From: Patescibacteria group bacterium UBA5738
GTDB taxonomy: Bacteria; Patescibacteriota; Minisyncoccia; Minisyncoccales; UBA5738
Direction: 5' to 3'
DNA: 64,000 bases
Assembly (NCBI GenBank): GCA_002419295.1
Contig: DIFW01000034.1
Location: 8,098-72,097 of the forward strand
Shown piece after piece: positions 43,605 to 52,461 of this stretch (its first letter is position 1; each line of letters begins with the position of its first letter). The notes beneath the pieces were generated by a model. The model did not search any database and was not told where the DNA came from. It saw only the letters and a program-made list of their open reading frames with translations. The translations under genes and the position numbers were made by a program.

Positions 43605-43637
43605 TTGCTTAAATTTATCTATTCTTTACCAAAAGAA

Positions 43638-43668
43638 AATTGCGGGGGTCTAATCCCCGCAATTTTTG
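43638..43668 (+). terminator. Rho-independent terminator
   Basis: AATTGCGGGG-gtctaat-CCCCGCAATT followed by TTTT. Confidence 0.8.
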
Positions 43669-43749
43669 TTATGTTATTCCATTTTTAAACTTTTTGTCGG
43701 AATAATGGATTGCAAAGCGAAATTAGTGCGCTAAAATAAAATTGTGAAG

Positions 43750-44403
43750 ATGAAAGATATTGCGAAAATTGACCGGCCGCGGGAAAAATTGGAAAAATAT
43801 GGCGCGGCAAAATTGGCGAACGCCGAATTGCTGGCGGTGCTTTTGGGATCGGGGATAAGGGGATTGAATGTGGTGGAATTGTCAAGAAAAATCGTGAAAT
43901 TGATTGCCAAAAACGGCGCGGAAAAAATTAAATTGGAAGATTTGCTCAAAGAAAAAGGTTTGGGCAAAGCAAAAGCGTTGCAGATAATCGCGGCATTGGA
44001 ATTGGGAAAGCGGATGAATCCGGGCAAAAAACCGGAAATTTTGGCACCCGAGGATATTTGGAAGTTATGCGGCGATTTTCGCGGTTCCAAAAAGGAGCAT
44101 TTCGCGGTTTTTTATTTGGACACTATGAATACACTGATTGAAAGGCAAATAATTTCGATTGGCACGCTTAATGCCAGCTTGGTGCATCCGCGCGAAGTCT
44201 TTGAGCCGGCAGTCTCTCTTCATGCCGCCGGCATAATCGCCGTCCATAATCATCCCAGCGGGAATATCGAACCGTCTCAAGATGACTTGGCGATCACCAA
44301 AAGATTGACCGATGCCGGAAAAATTTTGGGCATTATATTAACCGACCATATCATTTTGACTGCCAATGATTTCACCAGTTTCAAAAACAAAGGGATGATT
44401 TGA
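43750..44403 (+). CDS. radC: RadC-like JAB-domain protein
   Basis: DRPREKL, ELLAVLLGSG HhH region and JAB motif AVHNHPSG...PSQDD. Confidence 0.88.
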   Translation: MKDIAKIDRPREKLEKYGAAKLANAELLAVLLGSGIRGLNVVELSRKIVKLIAKNGAEKIKLEDLLKEKGLGKAKALQIIAALELGKRMNPGKKPEILAPEDIWKLCGDFRGSKKEHFAVFYLDTMNTLIERQIISIGTLNASLVHPREVFEPAVSLHAAGIIAVHNHPSGNIEPSQDDLAITKRLTDAGKILGIILTDHIILTANDFTSFKNKGMI

Positions 44404-44438
44404 CAATAATAACGGATGTGCGTTATTATGTACATATG
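44400..44438 (+). promoter_or_regulatory. Promoter plus palindromic operator of TA-like cassette 1
   Basis: TTGACA (44400-44405), 18-nt spacer, TATTAT. The block GGATGTGCGTTATTATGTACATAT contains the palindrome TATGTACATA and is conserved upstream of cassette 2. Confidence 0.6.
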
Positions 44439-44461
44439 CTAAAATCTAAATTGACGCATCT

Positions 44462-44824
44462 ATGAATCCCAAAACCACAATTTCAATCTCCGAAGCAAGA
44501 AAAAGAATATTTCAACTTGCCGAGGAAATCCAAAAGCCCGGAGTTTATTACACTTTCACCGAAAAGGGGCGGCCAAAAGCTGTTTTGCTGTCGGCTGAAG
44601 AATTTGATTCAATATTGGAAACAATGGAAGTAATGCGCGAATTTCCAAATCTTGACAAAGACATTGCCGAAGCGGATCGGGCGGTTAAGACCGGAGAATA
44701 TAAGAAATGGATAACTTTAGAGACGCTTCTTGAAAAAGAAGGTTTTGTTGTGGCGGAAAAAGCGAAAAACAAATATGGAATTTCAAGCAAGATTAAAGCT
44801 AAAGGCGCAAAGAGAATTAAATAA
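44462..44824 (+). CDS. Phd/YefM-family antitoxin with ~60-aa C-terminal extension (copy 1)
   Basis: TISISEARKRIFQLAEE...YTFTEKGRPKAVLLSAEEFDSILETMEVM. Confidence 0.8.
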   Translation: MNPKTTISISEARKRIFQLAEEIQKPGVYYTFTEKGRPKAVLLSAEEFDSILETMEVMREFPNLDKDIAEADRAVKTGEYKKWITLETLLEKEGFVVAEKAKNKYGISSKIKAKGAKRIK

Positions 44825-45023
44825 TCTTTCCCCGAAAGATTATTGTCGCGCCATGGAGGCAATAAGTTTAATTGCCATTAATCCATTTGCCAATAAAAAA
44901 TTGCGAGGGGAATATCGCAGTTGTTATTCTTATCGGTTTTGGCCGTATCGAATTATTTATAAAATTTATAAAAAAGAATTGATCGTTATTATTGATATCG
45001 GTCATCGGCAAGATATTTATTAA
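44775..45023 (+). CDS. RelE/ParE-family toxin (copy 1)
   Basis: 82 aa; MEFQARLKLKAQRELNNL...WPYRIIYKIYKKELIVIIDIGHRQDIY. ATG 44775 lies 50 nt inside the antitoxin gene. Confidence 0.8.
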   Translation: MEFQARLKLKAQRELNNLSPKDYCRAMEAISLIAINPFANKKLRGEYRSCYSYRFWPYRIIYKIYKKELIVIIDIGHRQDIY

Positions 45024-45034
45024 GTCAAATTATT

Positions 45035-45322
45035 ATGTCTGGTGCGTTTTATTCGCAACAAACTGATTACGGGATGTTGGCGGTTGACGGCAAGCCGCCG
45101 GTTTTTTGGCTTGTCCGCGATTTGGACAATCGCGCCGACCGCGTCAAACATCTGGAATTTCATATTGAGCGCGGCGATTATTTTTCGGTGTTGGCGACAA
45201 TTGTCAATATTGCTCTCAAAGAGCCGGATTTTGAAAAAGAAAAAATATTTTCCAAACTCTACGAAGACCTCCAATATCTTCAAGAAAACTACGACATCGT
45301 CAAAAAAATTGCCGCCAAATAA
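45035..45322 (+). CDS. Conserved third gene of the cassette, unknown family (copy 1, 95 aa)
   Basis: Starts 11 nt after the toxin stop. It shares DRADR[VI]KHLEFHIE[RH]GDYF[SA]VLATI[VI]NIALKE...YLQ.NYDIVK with 62084-62353. Confidence 0.65.
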   Translation: MSGAFYSQQTDYGMLAVDGKPPVFWLVRDLDNRADRVKHLEFHIERGDYFSVLATIVNIALKEPDFEKEKIFSKLYEDLQYLQENYDIVKKIAAK

Positions 45323-45474
45323 AATTCGCAATCAAAATCATTTATTTTTGCGGGTTTTTGCCGTTTTACGCTACGGGGCATGCCCGGAGGGAAAAGGGTT
45401 TTGAGGCGAAAATGATGGCATTGTTTAGCGGGGAAGGTTGGCGTCAAGCCGGCGTAAAAATAATTGGTTAGCGC

Positions 45475-47322
45475 ATGAAAACATTGCTTAAAAAGTATTT
45501 TGGTTATGATTATTTCCGACCATTGCAGGAAGAGATTATTAATCGCGTTTTGAGCGGAAACGATTGTTTTGTGCTGATGCCCACGGGCGGGGGAAAATCG
45601 CTTTGTTATCAATTGCCAGCATTGAAAATGGAGGGGTTGGCATTGGTGATTTCGCCGCTGATTGCGCTGATGAAAGATCAAGTGGATGCTCTGCGAACTT
45701 GCGGGGTAAGCGCGGAGTTTATCAATTCAGCTCTGTCGCCAAAACAGATTGAAGAAATCTGCCAACGAATAAAAAATAACGAGGTCAAGATTTTATATGT
45801 GGCGCCGGAAAGATTTGCGTTGCCGGGATTTCAGGAATTTTTGAAAAAGTTGCGCGTCAGTTTGATTGCCGTGGACGAAGCGCACTGTATTTCCGAATGG
45901 GGGCATGATTTCAGGCCGGATTACCGATGCTTGAATTCACTGAAAGAAATTTTTCCCGATGTGCCGTTGCTGGCGTTAACCGCGACTGCGACCAAGAGGG
46001 TGCGAGAGGATATCATCAATCAATTGCGATTGAGAGATGCGGAGGTTTTTGTTTCAAGTTTCAATCGTGCCAATTTGCATGTTCGCGTAATTGAAAAAAA
46101 ACAGGCTTTTCCCAAGTTAATAAAATTGCTGGAAAACTACCGCAACGAGCCGGTGATTATTTATTGTTTTTCGCGTAAAGAAACCGAAGAGATTGCGGAA
46201 AAATTACGAAGTTGCCGATTTATGGCACAAGCTTATCATGCCGGGTTGAGCGCGAAAGAGAGGAACAAAGTGCAGGAATCATTCACCCGCGATGAAACGC
46301 GTATTATTGTCGCCACCATTGCTTTTGGGATGGGAATTGACAAGCCGGATGTGCGGCTGGTGGTACATTACACTTATCCCAAGACGCTGGAAGGATATTA
46401 TCAGGAGATCGGGCGGGCGGGCCGCGATAATTTGCCCAGCGAATGCGTTTTGTTTTATACTTATGCCGATACGCGCAAGCACGAGTTTTTTATTAATAAA
46501 ATTGAGGATGATCTTTTGCGGAAGAAGGCGTTGGAAAAATTGGGATGCGTGATGAATTACGCGGAATTGAGTACTTGCCGAAAAAAATATCTGCTTGCCT
46601 ATTTTAATGAGGAATTGTCAGGCGATAATTGCGGAAGTTGCGACATATGCTTGCCAAAACAAAGAGTTCAAAAATCCACTGACTTTTTTGACGCGACGAT
46701 AATTACCAAGAAGATACTTTCGGCGGTGGCGAGACTTAAAAGTCGTTTTGGAAAAAATTATGTGGCGGACATTCTTTTGGGGAGCAACAACGAAAAAATT
46801 TCAATCAATGGACATGGCAACCTTTCGGTTTACGGGATCGTAAACGATTTTTCAAAAGTGGAATTATTGCAAATTATCGAGAATTTGGTTCAAATCGGTT
46901 ATTTGGCAAAATCTGAAGATTTGTGTTTGGCATTGATAATGACTAAAACGGGTGCCGAGTTTATGCGGGGAAGTGAAAAATTGATAATGCCGGCATTGGA
47001 GCCAAGTAAAAAATATGAGCCAAGAAAAGAACTGCCGACCAAAAATTTTGGCACCGGATATGATAATGATTTATTTGAAAAATTAAGGGCCGTGCGTAAG
47101 AGATTGGCGGATGAAATGGGAGCGCCTCCTTTTGTGGTGTTTGGCAATGCGCCATTGCAGGATATGGCGCGCCGCTATCCCAAAAACGAAGAAGAGTTTT
47201 TGCGAATAAACGGAGTTGGCGCGGTTAAGCTGAAACAATTCGGCAAATATTTTTTAAAAGCAATCAATGATTTTATGAAGGAAAACGGCGCAAAAGATTT
47301 TAATCAAAACAATGAATTATAG
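45475..47322 (+). CDS. recQ: ATP-dependent DNA helicase RecQ
   Basis: MPTGGGKS, DEAHCISEWGHDFRP, Zn-binding Cys cluster (CGSCDIC), RQC and C-terminal HRDC (LRAVRKRLADEMGAPPFVVF). Confidence 0.93.
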   Translation: MKTLLKKYFGYDYFRPLQEEIINRVLSGNDCFVLMPTGGGKSLCYQLPALKMEGLALVISPLIALMKDQVDALRTCGVSAEFINSALSPKQIEEICQRIKNNEVKILYVAPERFALPGFQEFLKKLRVSLIAVDEAHCISEWGHDFRPDYRCLNSLKEIFPDVPLLALTATATKRVREDIINQLRLRDAEVFVSSFNRANLHVRVIEKKQAFPKLIKLLENYRNEPVIIYCFSRKETEEIAEKLRSCRFMAQAYHAGLSAKERNKVQESFTRDETRIIVATIAFGMGIDKPDVRLVVHYTYPKTLEGYYQEIGRAGRDNLPSECVLFYTYADTRKHEFFINKIEDDLLRKKALEKLGCVMNYAELSTCRKKYLLAYFNEELSGDNCGSCDICLPKQRVQKSTDFFDATIITKKILSAVARLKSRFGKNYVADILLGSNNEKISINGHGNLSVYGIVNDFSKVELLQIIENLVQIGYLAKSEDLCLALIMTKTGAEFMRGSEKLIMPALEPSKKYEPRKELPTKNFGTGYDNDLFEKLRAVRKRLADEMGAPPFVVFGNAPLQDMARRYPKNEEEFLRINGVGAVKLKQFGKYFLKAINDFMKENGAKDFNQNNEL

Positions 47323-47458
47323 TAAAATAACTCACGAGATGTTCCGCTTGAAAGATGGAAGGGGTTGGGGGCTTGATGGTAAACAATAATCAAGGGGCGG
47401 CGGGGATTGGCGGGGCGGGCGTTGAAAAATGAGGGGAAATAGGGTAGGATTTAGCATT

Positions 47459-48898
47459 ATGGATAAAATTATGGAAAATCAATCTCAAAAGGAACTGGCA
47501 AGGACAATGATCGCTCAAACGCCGGGAATGGCCGGTCAAACGGTGCGGTTATGCGGCTGGGTGCAAATTGTGCGCGCCCATGGCAAGCTGATTTTTTTTG
47601 ATTTGCGCGATCGAAGCGGTGTTATTCAAGCGGTGGTAATTCCCAAGGCGCCGTTTTTTGATTTGGCAAAGGAAGTGAGAAGCGAATGGGTGGTGGAGCT
47701 TGTCGGACAGGTGAATGTGCGGCCGGAAAATATGAAAAATGACAAAATTGCCACCGGCGGCGTGGAGATTGTCATTGAAGATTTGAAAATTTTATCAAAA
47801 GCTAAAACGCTTCCCATTTCCATTGACGGCGACGGCTATGAGATTGGCGAAGATAACCGTTTGAAATATCGTTATTTGGATTTGCGGCGCGCGCGTTTGC
47901 ATCGCAATCTGGTAATGCGCCACAAGGTGATTAACTTTATGCGGCAGTTTCTGACCGGTCAGGGGTTTGTGGAGGTGGAAACGCCGTTATTAACCAAATC
48001 AACGCCCGAAGGCGCGCGCGATTTTTTGGTGCCGTCGCGATTGCAAAAGGGCAATTTTTACGCGTTGCCGCAAAGTCCCCAGCAATACAAGCAACTTTTA
48101 ATGGTGGCCGGGCTAGAGCGTTATTTTCAAATTGCGCGTTGTTTGCGCGATGAAGATCCGCGCGCGGACCGGCAAGCCGAGCATACCCAGCTTGATGTGG
48201 AAATGTCGTTTGCCGATGAAGATGAGGTTTTGGATTTATCCGAAAAGATGTTTGTCGCGCTCGTGAAGGATTTGTTCCCGGATAAAAAAATCAGCCGGAT
48301 TCCGTTTCCGAGGCTGACATGGAAAGAGTCAATGGAAAAATACGGTAGCGACAAACCGGACTTGCGTGAAGATAAAAACGATCCGAACGAACTCGCGTTT
48401 TGTTTTATAACCGATTTTCCGATGTTCGAATGGCTTGCCGGAGAAAAGAAATGGAACGCAATGCATCATCCTTTTACCAAACCGCGTACCGAAGATCCGG
48501 AGGAAATCAAAGCATGCCCGGAAAAAATTATGGCTTACCAGTATGATATGGCGTTAAATGGCTTTGAAATATTTTCCGGCAGTCTTCGGAATACGAATTT
48601 GGAAACTTTTACCGCGGTATTCGAGGTGGTCGGCCACACGCCCGAAGAGACCAAAAAACAATTTTCGCATTACTTTGAGGCCTTTTCTTATGGCGTGCCG
48701 CCGCATGGAGGCATGGCGCCGGGGATTGACCGCTTGTTGGCGGTGTTATTGGGCGAACCCAATATCCGTGAAGTGATGGCATTTCCCAAAACGGGGGATA
48801 ACCGCGATTTAATGTTGGATGCGCCATCACCGGTGGAAGGGGCGCAGTTGGATGAGCTTGGCTTGGCGATTGTTAAAAAGGAAAAACCGGTAAAATGA
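47459..48898 (+). CDS. aspS: Aspartate--tRNA ligase, bacterial-type core lacking the GAD insertion
   Basis: OB-fold N-terminus, FYALPQSPQQYKQLLM, RCLRDEDPRADRQAEHTQLDVEMSF, GVPPHGGMAPGIDRL. YGSDKPDLR runs almost directly into ITDFPMFE. Confidence 0.9.
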   Translation: MDKIMENQSQKELARTMIAQTPGMAGQTVRLCGWVQIVRAHGKLIFFDLRDRSGVIQAVVIPKAPFFDLAKEVRSEWVVELVGQVNVRPENMKNDKIATGGVEIVIEDLKILSKAKTLPISIDGDGYEIGEDNRLKYRYLDLRRARLHRNLVMRHKVINFMRQFLTGQGFVEVETPLLTKSTPEGARDFLVPSRLQKGNFYALPQSPQQYKQLLMVAGLERYFQIARCLRDEDPRADRQAEHTQLDVEMSFADEDEVLDLSEKMFVALVKDLFPDKKISRIPFPRLTWKESMEKYGSDKPDLREDKNDPNELAFCFITDFPMFEWLAGEKKWNAMHHPFTKPRTEDPEEIKACPEKIMAYQYDMALNGFEIFSGSLRNTNLETFTAVFEVVGHTPEETKKQFSHYFEAFSYGVPPHGGMAPGIDRLLAVLLGEPNIREVMAFPKTGDNRDLMLDAPSPVEGAQLDELGLAIVKKEKPVK

Positions 48899-49866
48899 TA
48901 AAATCCTATATTCCGATGCCCCTGCCGCCCAAAAAGCGGACCAAAAATAAAAATTCCGTTTTAAAAAGGTTGTTTTATTTTTGCGTTGCCTTGGTTGTTT
49001 CCGGTTCGGCGGCGGCGGCAATCAACTGCGGGCAAATTGAATTTGAAAATTATTTATACGCGCAAATATCCCGCCCGATACACGATATTGTTTTGGCAAC
49101 TCCAAAGCCGGAACCAAAAAAACCGGAATTGGATGCCAAGGCCGCCTTTTTGTTGCGGCTTGGCGATGGCAACCGCCAAAAAATGCTTTTCAAGAAAAAT
49201 ATTGATCGGAAATTGCCGATTGCGTCAATCACGAAGCTGATGACCGCCAAGGTTATTTTGGAAAATCCGGATATTTATGAATTGTCCCGGTTGATAACCG
49301 TTAGCTTTGAAGCCGCCGCTCGGCCCGATGTTCCCGTCTTTGGTAATTTGCAGGCGGGCGAAATTTATAGCGTGGAGCAACTGCTTTTTTTGGCTTTGCA
49401 TTATTCAAGCAATGATGCCGTGCAGGCTTTGGTTGAAATTATGGGAGAAGAACGGTTTATTCTGTCAATGAACGAAAATGCCGCGCGAACCGGACTCGAT
49501 CAAACCATGTTTTTTAATGCTACCGGTTTGGATGAGCAAGACGGCCGCGCCAATTATTCAACCGCGCTTGATTTAACGGCGCTCACGGAAAATATTCTTA
49601 AATTTCATCCTGAAATTTTTGCGATAACAAAAACTCCGGGGCCTTATCGAACGCAAAACGGAATCTTTGATTTTAATTTATGGGACGGCCAAAAACTGGT
49701 TGGCGGGAAGACCGGTTATACCGAAAAAGCCGGTGGGTGCATGATCGCGGTTTTTGACGATAAAAACGGATGGCGCTACATCAGTGTTTTACTGGGGGCC
49801 GTCAATTCCGAAACGCGCGTGGCGGAGATGCAAAAAATGATCAATTTTTCCGGTAATTATAATTAA
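48895..49866 (+). CDS. D-alanyl-D-alanine carboxypeptidase (S11/PBP5 family)
   Basis: SITK (SxxK), SSN (SxN) and KTGYT motifs with an N-terminal membrane anchor. The start overlaps the aspS stop. Confidence 0.85.
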   Translation: MIKSYIPMPLPPKKRTKNKNSVLKRLFYFCVALVVSGSAAAAINCGQIEFENYLYAQISRPIHDIVLATPKPEPKKPELDAKAAFLLRLGDGNRQKMLFKKNIDRKLPIASITKLMTAKVILENPDIYELSRLITVSFEAAARPDVPVFGNLQAGEIYSVEQLLFLALHYSSNDAVQALVEIMGEERFILSMNENAARTGLDQTMFFNATGLDEQDGRANYSTALDLTALTENILKFHPEIFAITKTPGPYRTQNGIFDFNLWDGQKLVGGKTGYTEKAGGCMIAVFDDKNGWRYISVLLGAVNSETRVAEMQKMINFSGNYN

Positions 49867-49869
49867 CAG

Positions 49870-50979
49870 ATGACGCTGTTCACTTTTCACATTATTAGGA
49901 TGCTGATTTTCACCGCGATTGCCGCGGTAATCGCTTTTTTGGCCGCTCCGCGGTTGATTGCGCTTTTGCATCGTATTAAATTTTGGAAAAAAAATGCGCG
50001 CTGTAAAACCATCACCGGCGAAGAAGCCAGTGTTTTCCATTCTCTGCATAAAGAGCGGGAAACTTCGGTGCCGCGAGGCGGGGGCTTGCTGATTTGGATT
50101 TCAGCGCTGATTGTGGCGATATTATTTTGGGGGGTTGCCAATGTGCCGGATCAGTTTTGGGCGAATCTGGGTATTAACGCGCCGTGGTGGTTTGTCTTAC
50201 TTGATTTTTTATCGCGCCGCGAAGTTTGGTTGCCGCTATTTGCGCTGGTGGCAGGGTCGCTGATTGGATTGCTTGATGACGCGCTTACCATTTATGGCGG
50301 CGGAAAATATGTCGGCGGCGGCATCACTTTCAAGCGCCGGCTGGCGGCGGTAGCCGCGATTGGCTTGGTGGGCGGCTGGTGGTTTTACGAAAAACTGGGG
50401 TATGAAACGATGCACATCCCTCTTTTGGGAAATTTTCCGGAAGGAATCGATGTTTTTATCGGCTGGTATTATATTCCGCTTTTCATTTTTGTGATGCTGG
50501 CATCATGGGCCGGCGGCGTGATCGACGGATTGGACGGTTTGGCGGGAGGGGCGTTTGTTTCCATTTTTGCGGCGTTCGCGCTGATTGCCTTTTCGCAAGG
50601 CAAAGCGGACTTGGCGACCTTTTGCGCGATCATATGCGGGGCGCTGTTTGCCTTCTTGTGGTTTAATATTCCGCCGGCAAAATTTTATATGGGGGAGACT
50701 GGTGTTTTGGGGCTCACTTCGGCGATGACGGTGGTGGCGTTTTTAACTGATTCGGTGATGGTTTTGCCGATTATCGCGGGATTGCTGGTAATAGAGGCCG
50801 GATCGGTGATTGTCCAACTGGTTTACAAAAAGATTTTTAAAAGAAAACTTTGGCTTTCCACGCCTATTCATCATCATTTTGAAGCGATTGGTTGGCCGGC
50901 GCACCGCGTGACGATGCGTTTCTGGATTTTAGGTATAATTTTTGCCGCGGTGGGCGTGGCAATCCGCCTAATGGGGTGA
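49870..50979 (+). CDS. mraY: Phospho-N-acetylmuramoyl-pentapeptide transferase
   Basis: 10-TM protein with LLDDALTIYGG, GVIDGLDGLAGG, PIHHHFE. Confidence 0.92.
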   Translation: MTLFTFHIIRMLIFTAIAAVIAFLAAPRLIALLHRIKFWKKNARCKTITGEEASVFHSLHKERETSVPRGGGLLIWISALIVAILFWGVANVPDQFWANLGINAPWWFVLLDFLSRREVWLPLFALVAGSLIGLLDDALTIYGGGKYVGGGITFKRRLAAVAAIGLVGGWWFYEKLGYETMHIPLLGNFPEGIDVFIGWYYIPLFIFVMLASWAGGVIDGLDGLAGGAFVSIFAAFALIAFSQGKADLATFCAIICGALFAFLWFNIPPAKFYMGETGVLGLTSAMTVVAFLTDSVMVLPIIAGLLVIEAGSVIVQLVYKKIFKRKLWLSTPIHHHFEAIGWPAHRVTMRFWILGIIFAAVGVAIRLMG

Positions 50980-50980
50980 A

Positions 50981-52366
50981 ATGAAATTAAAAAATTTACA
51001 AAAAAAATATCCGGAGTTTGTTTATGAAAATTTTGGCTGGGAAATCAAAGGCGGCGTTTTGGCCGCTCATTTTTGTTTCGCGATGGGGGATATCAAATTC
51101 AATCCGGGAATAAAAATTCGCGAAATCAACAAAACACAAATTAAAAAAATAGATGATGAGGCGATTTCCAATTTTGTTTTTCATATGGGTTTGGTCGAAA
51201 TTCCAAGTTATTGGAAAGCCGCTTGCTGTCCCAAAATAATCGTTAAAGCCGGTTATTTGGACAAAGAGCAGATAAAATTTTGGCAAAGCTTGATTGAAAA
51301 GGGGATGGGGCAGTTTTTCTGCGAAAACAAACTTCCGTTTACCGTTCCGTATTTTGAAATCCATTGCAAAATTCCAAAGAGGCATCCGCAGTCTTTGCCG
51401 AAAAAATTTTCCAAACGCGTCTTGGTTCCGATGGGCGGAGGAAAAGATTCTTTGGTGACGCTTGAGTTATTGCGCCAAACGGGCGAAGACGCGGTATTGT
51501 TCGCGCTTAATCCGAATGAAAAGTTGCAAAAAATTTGCCGCGCGGTTAAAAAGCCGACGATTGTGATTGAACGGCAAATTGATTCGCGGCTACTGTCGTC
51601 AAAAAAGTTTTTTAACGGCCACACGCCCTTTTCCGCCCTTTTGGCGGTGTATTCAGTGGCGGTAGCGGCAATTTCCGATTGCGGCCGGATTGCCATTTCG
51701 CAAGAGAGAAGTTCAAGCGAGGGGAACGCGCGCTACTTGGGTAGGGAAGTTAATCATCAATATTCCAAATCTCTTGATTTTGAAAACAAATTCCGTTTTT
51801 ATTCAAAAAAATATCTGGCAAAGAATATTGATTTTTTCAGTTTTTTGCGTCCGATTTATGAATTACAAATCGCGAGGCTGTTTTCGCGCCATTCAGAATG
51901 GTTTTCGCGCTTTATCAGTTGCAATAAACCGTTCACAATCGCAAACCGGCAAAACAAAAATATCGGCTGGTGCGGCAAATGTCCCAAATGTCTGTCGGTG
52001 TTTACCATGATCTATCCTTTTGTCGGTAAAGAACGGGCGATTAAAATTTTTGGCAAAAATCTTTTTGAAAATATAAATTTATTGCCCTTAATGAAAGAAT
52101 TATTGGGCGAAACCGGTTGTAAACCGTTTGAATGCGTGGGCACATTTGCCGAAACCCGGGTTGCCTTTTATTTGTCGCTTGAGGACGCGAAAAGAGAAGG
52201 GAACGAACTTCCCGTACTGCTGAATGTTTTTGAACAAGAATTTTTGCCAAAATACGGCGATATGAAATCGAAAAGCCAAAAGATTTTATCATCGTGGAGC
52301 GATAATCACAATTTGCCCAAAAACTTCGAGAACGGGCTCAAGTCTGCTGTTCGGGCGACGGGATGA
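50981..52366 (+). CDS. PP-loop (adenine-nucleotide alpha-hydrolase-like) ATPase-family protein inserted in the dcw cluster; possible MurL-like role
   Basis: VPMGGGKDSLVT is a PP-loop-like motif and WCGKCPKCLSVF is a Cys cluster. 461 aa; starts 1 nt after the mraY stop. Confidence 0.55.
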   Translation: MKLKNLQKKYPEFVYENFGWEIKGGVLAAHFCFAMGDIKFNPGIKIREINKTQIKKIDDEAISNFVFHMGLVEIPSYWKAACCPKIIVKAGYLDKEQIKFWQSLIEKGMGQFFCENKLPFTVPYFEIHCKIPKRHPQSLPKKFSKRVLVPMGGGKDSLVTLELLRQTGEDAVLFALNPNEKLQKICRAVKKPTIVIERQIDSRLLSSKKFFNGHTPFSALLAVYSVAVAAISDCGRIAISQERSSSEGNARYLGREVNHQYSKSLDFENKFRFYSKKYLAKNIDFFSFLRPIYELQIARLFSRHSEWFSRFISCNKPFTIANRQNKNIGWCGKCPKCLSVFTMIYPFVGKERAIKIFGKNLFENINLLPLMKELLGETGCKPFECVGTFAETRVAFYLSLEDAKREGNELPVLLNVFEQEFLPKYGDMKSKSQKILSSWSDNHNLPKNFENGLKSAVRATG

Positions 52367-52461
52367 TTGCAATCCAAAGAGAAATTTTGCCCGCGTTTTC
52401 ATGCGTAGTTCCGCAAGCATGCGGGATATAGATCCCTTCCTTACGGTGTGGATAACTTTAT

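Noticed and set aside
45042-45681. ORFs 45042-45404 (+) and 45289-45681 (-)
   Set aside because: They overlap the conserved third cassette gene and the recQ start in alternative frames, and they have no paralog support, unlike 45035-45322.
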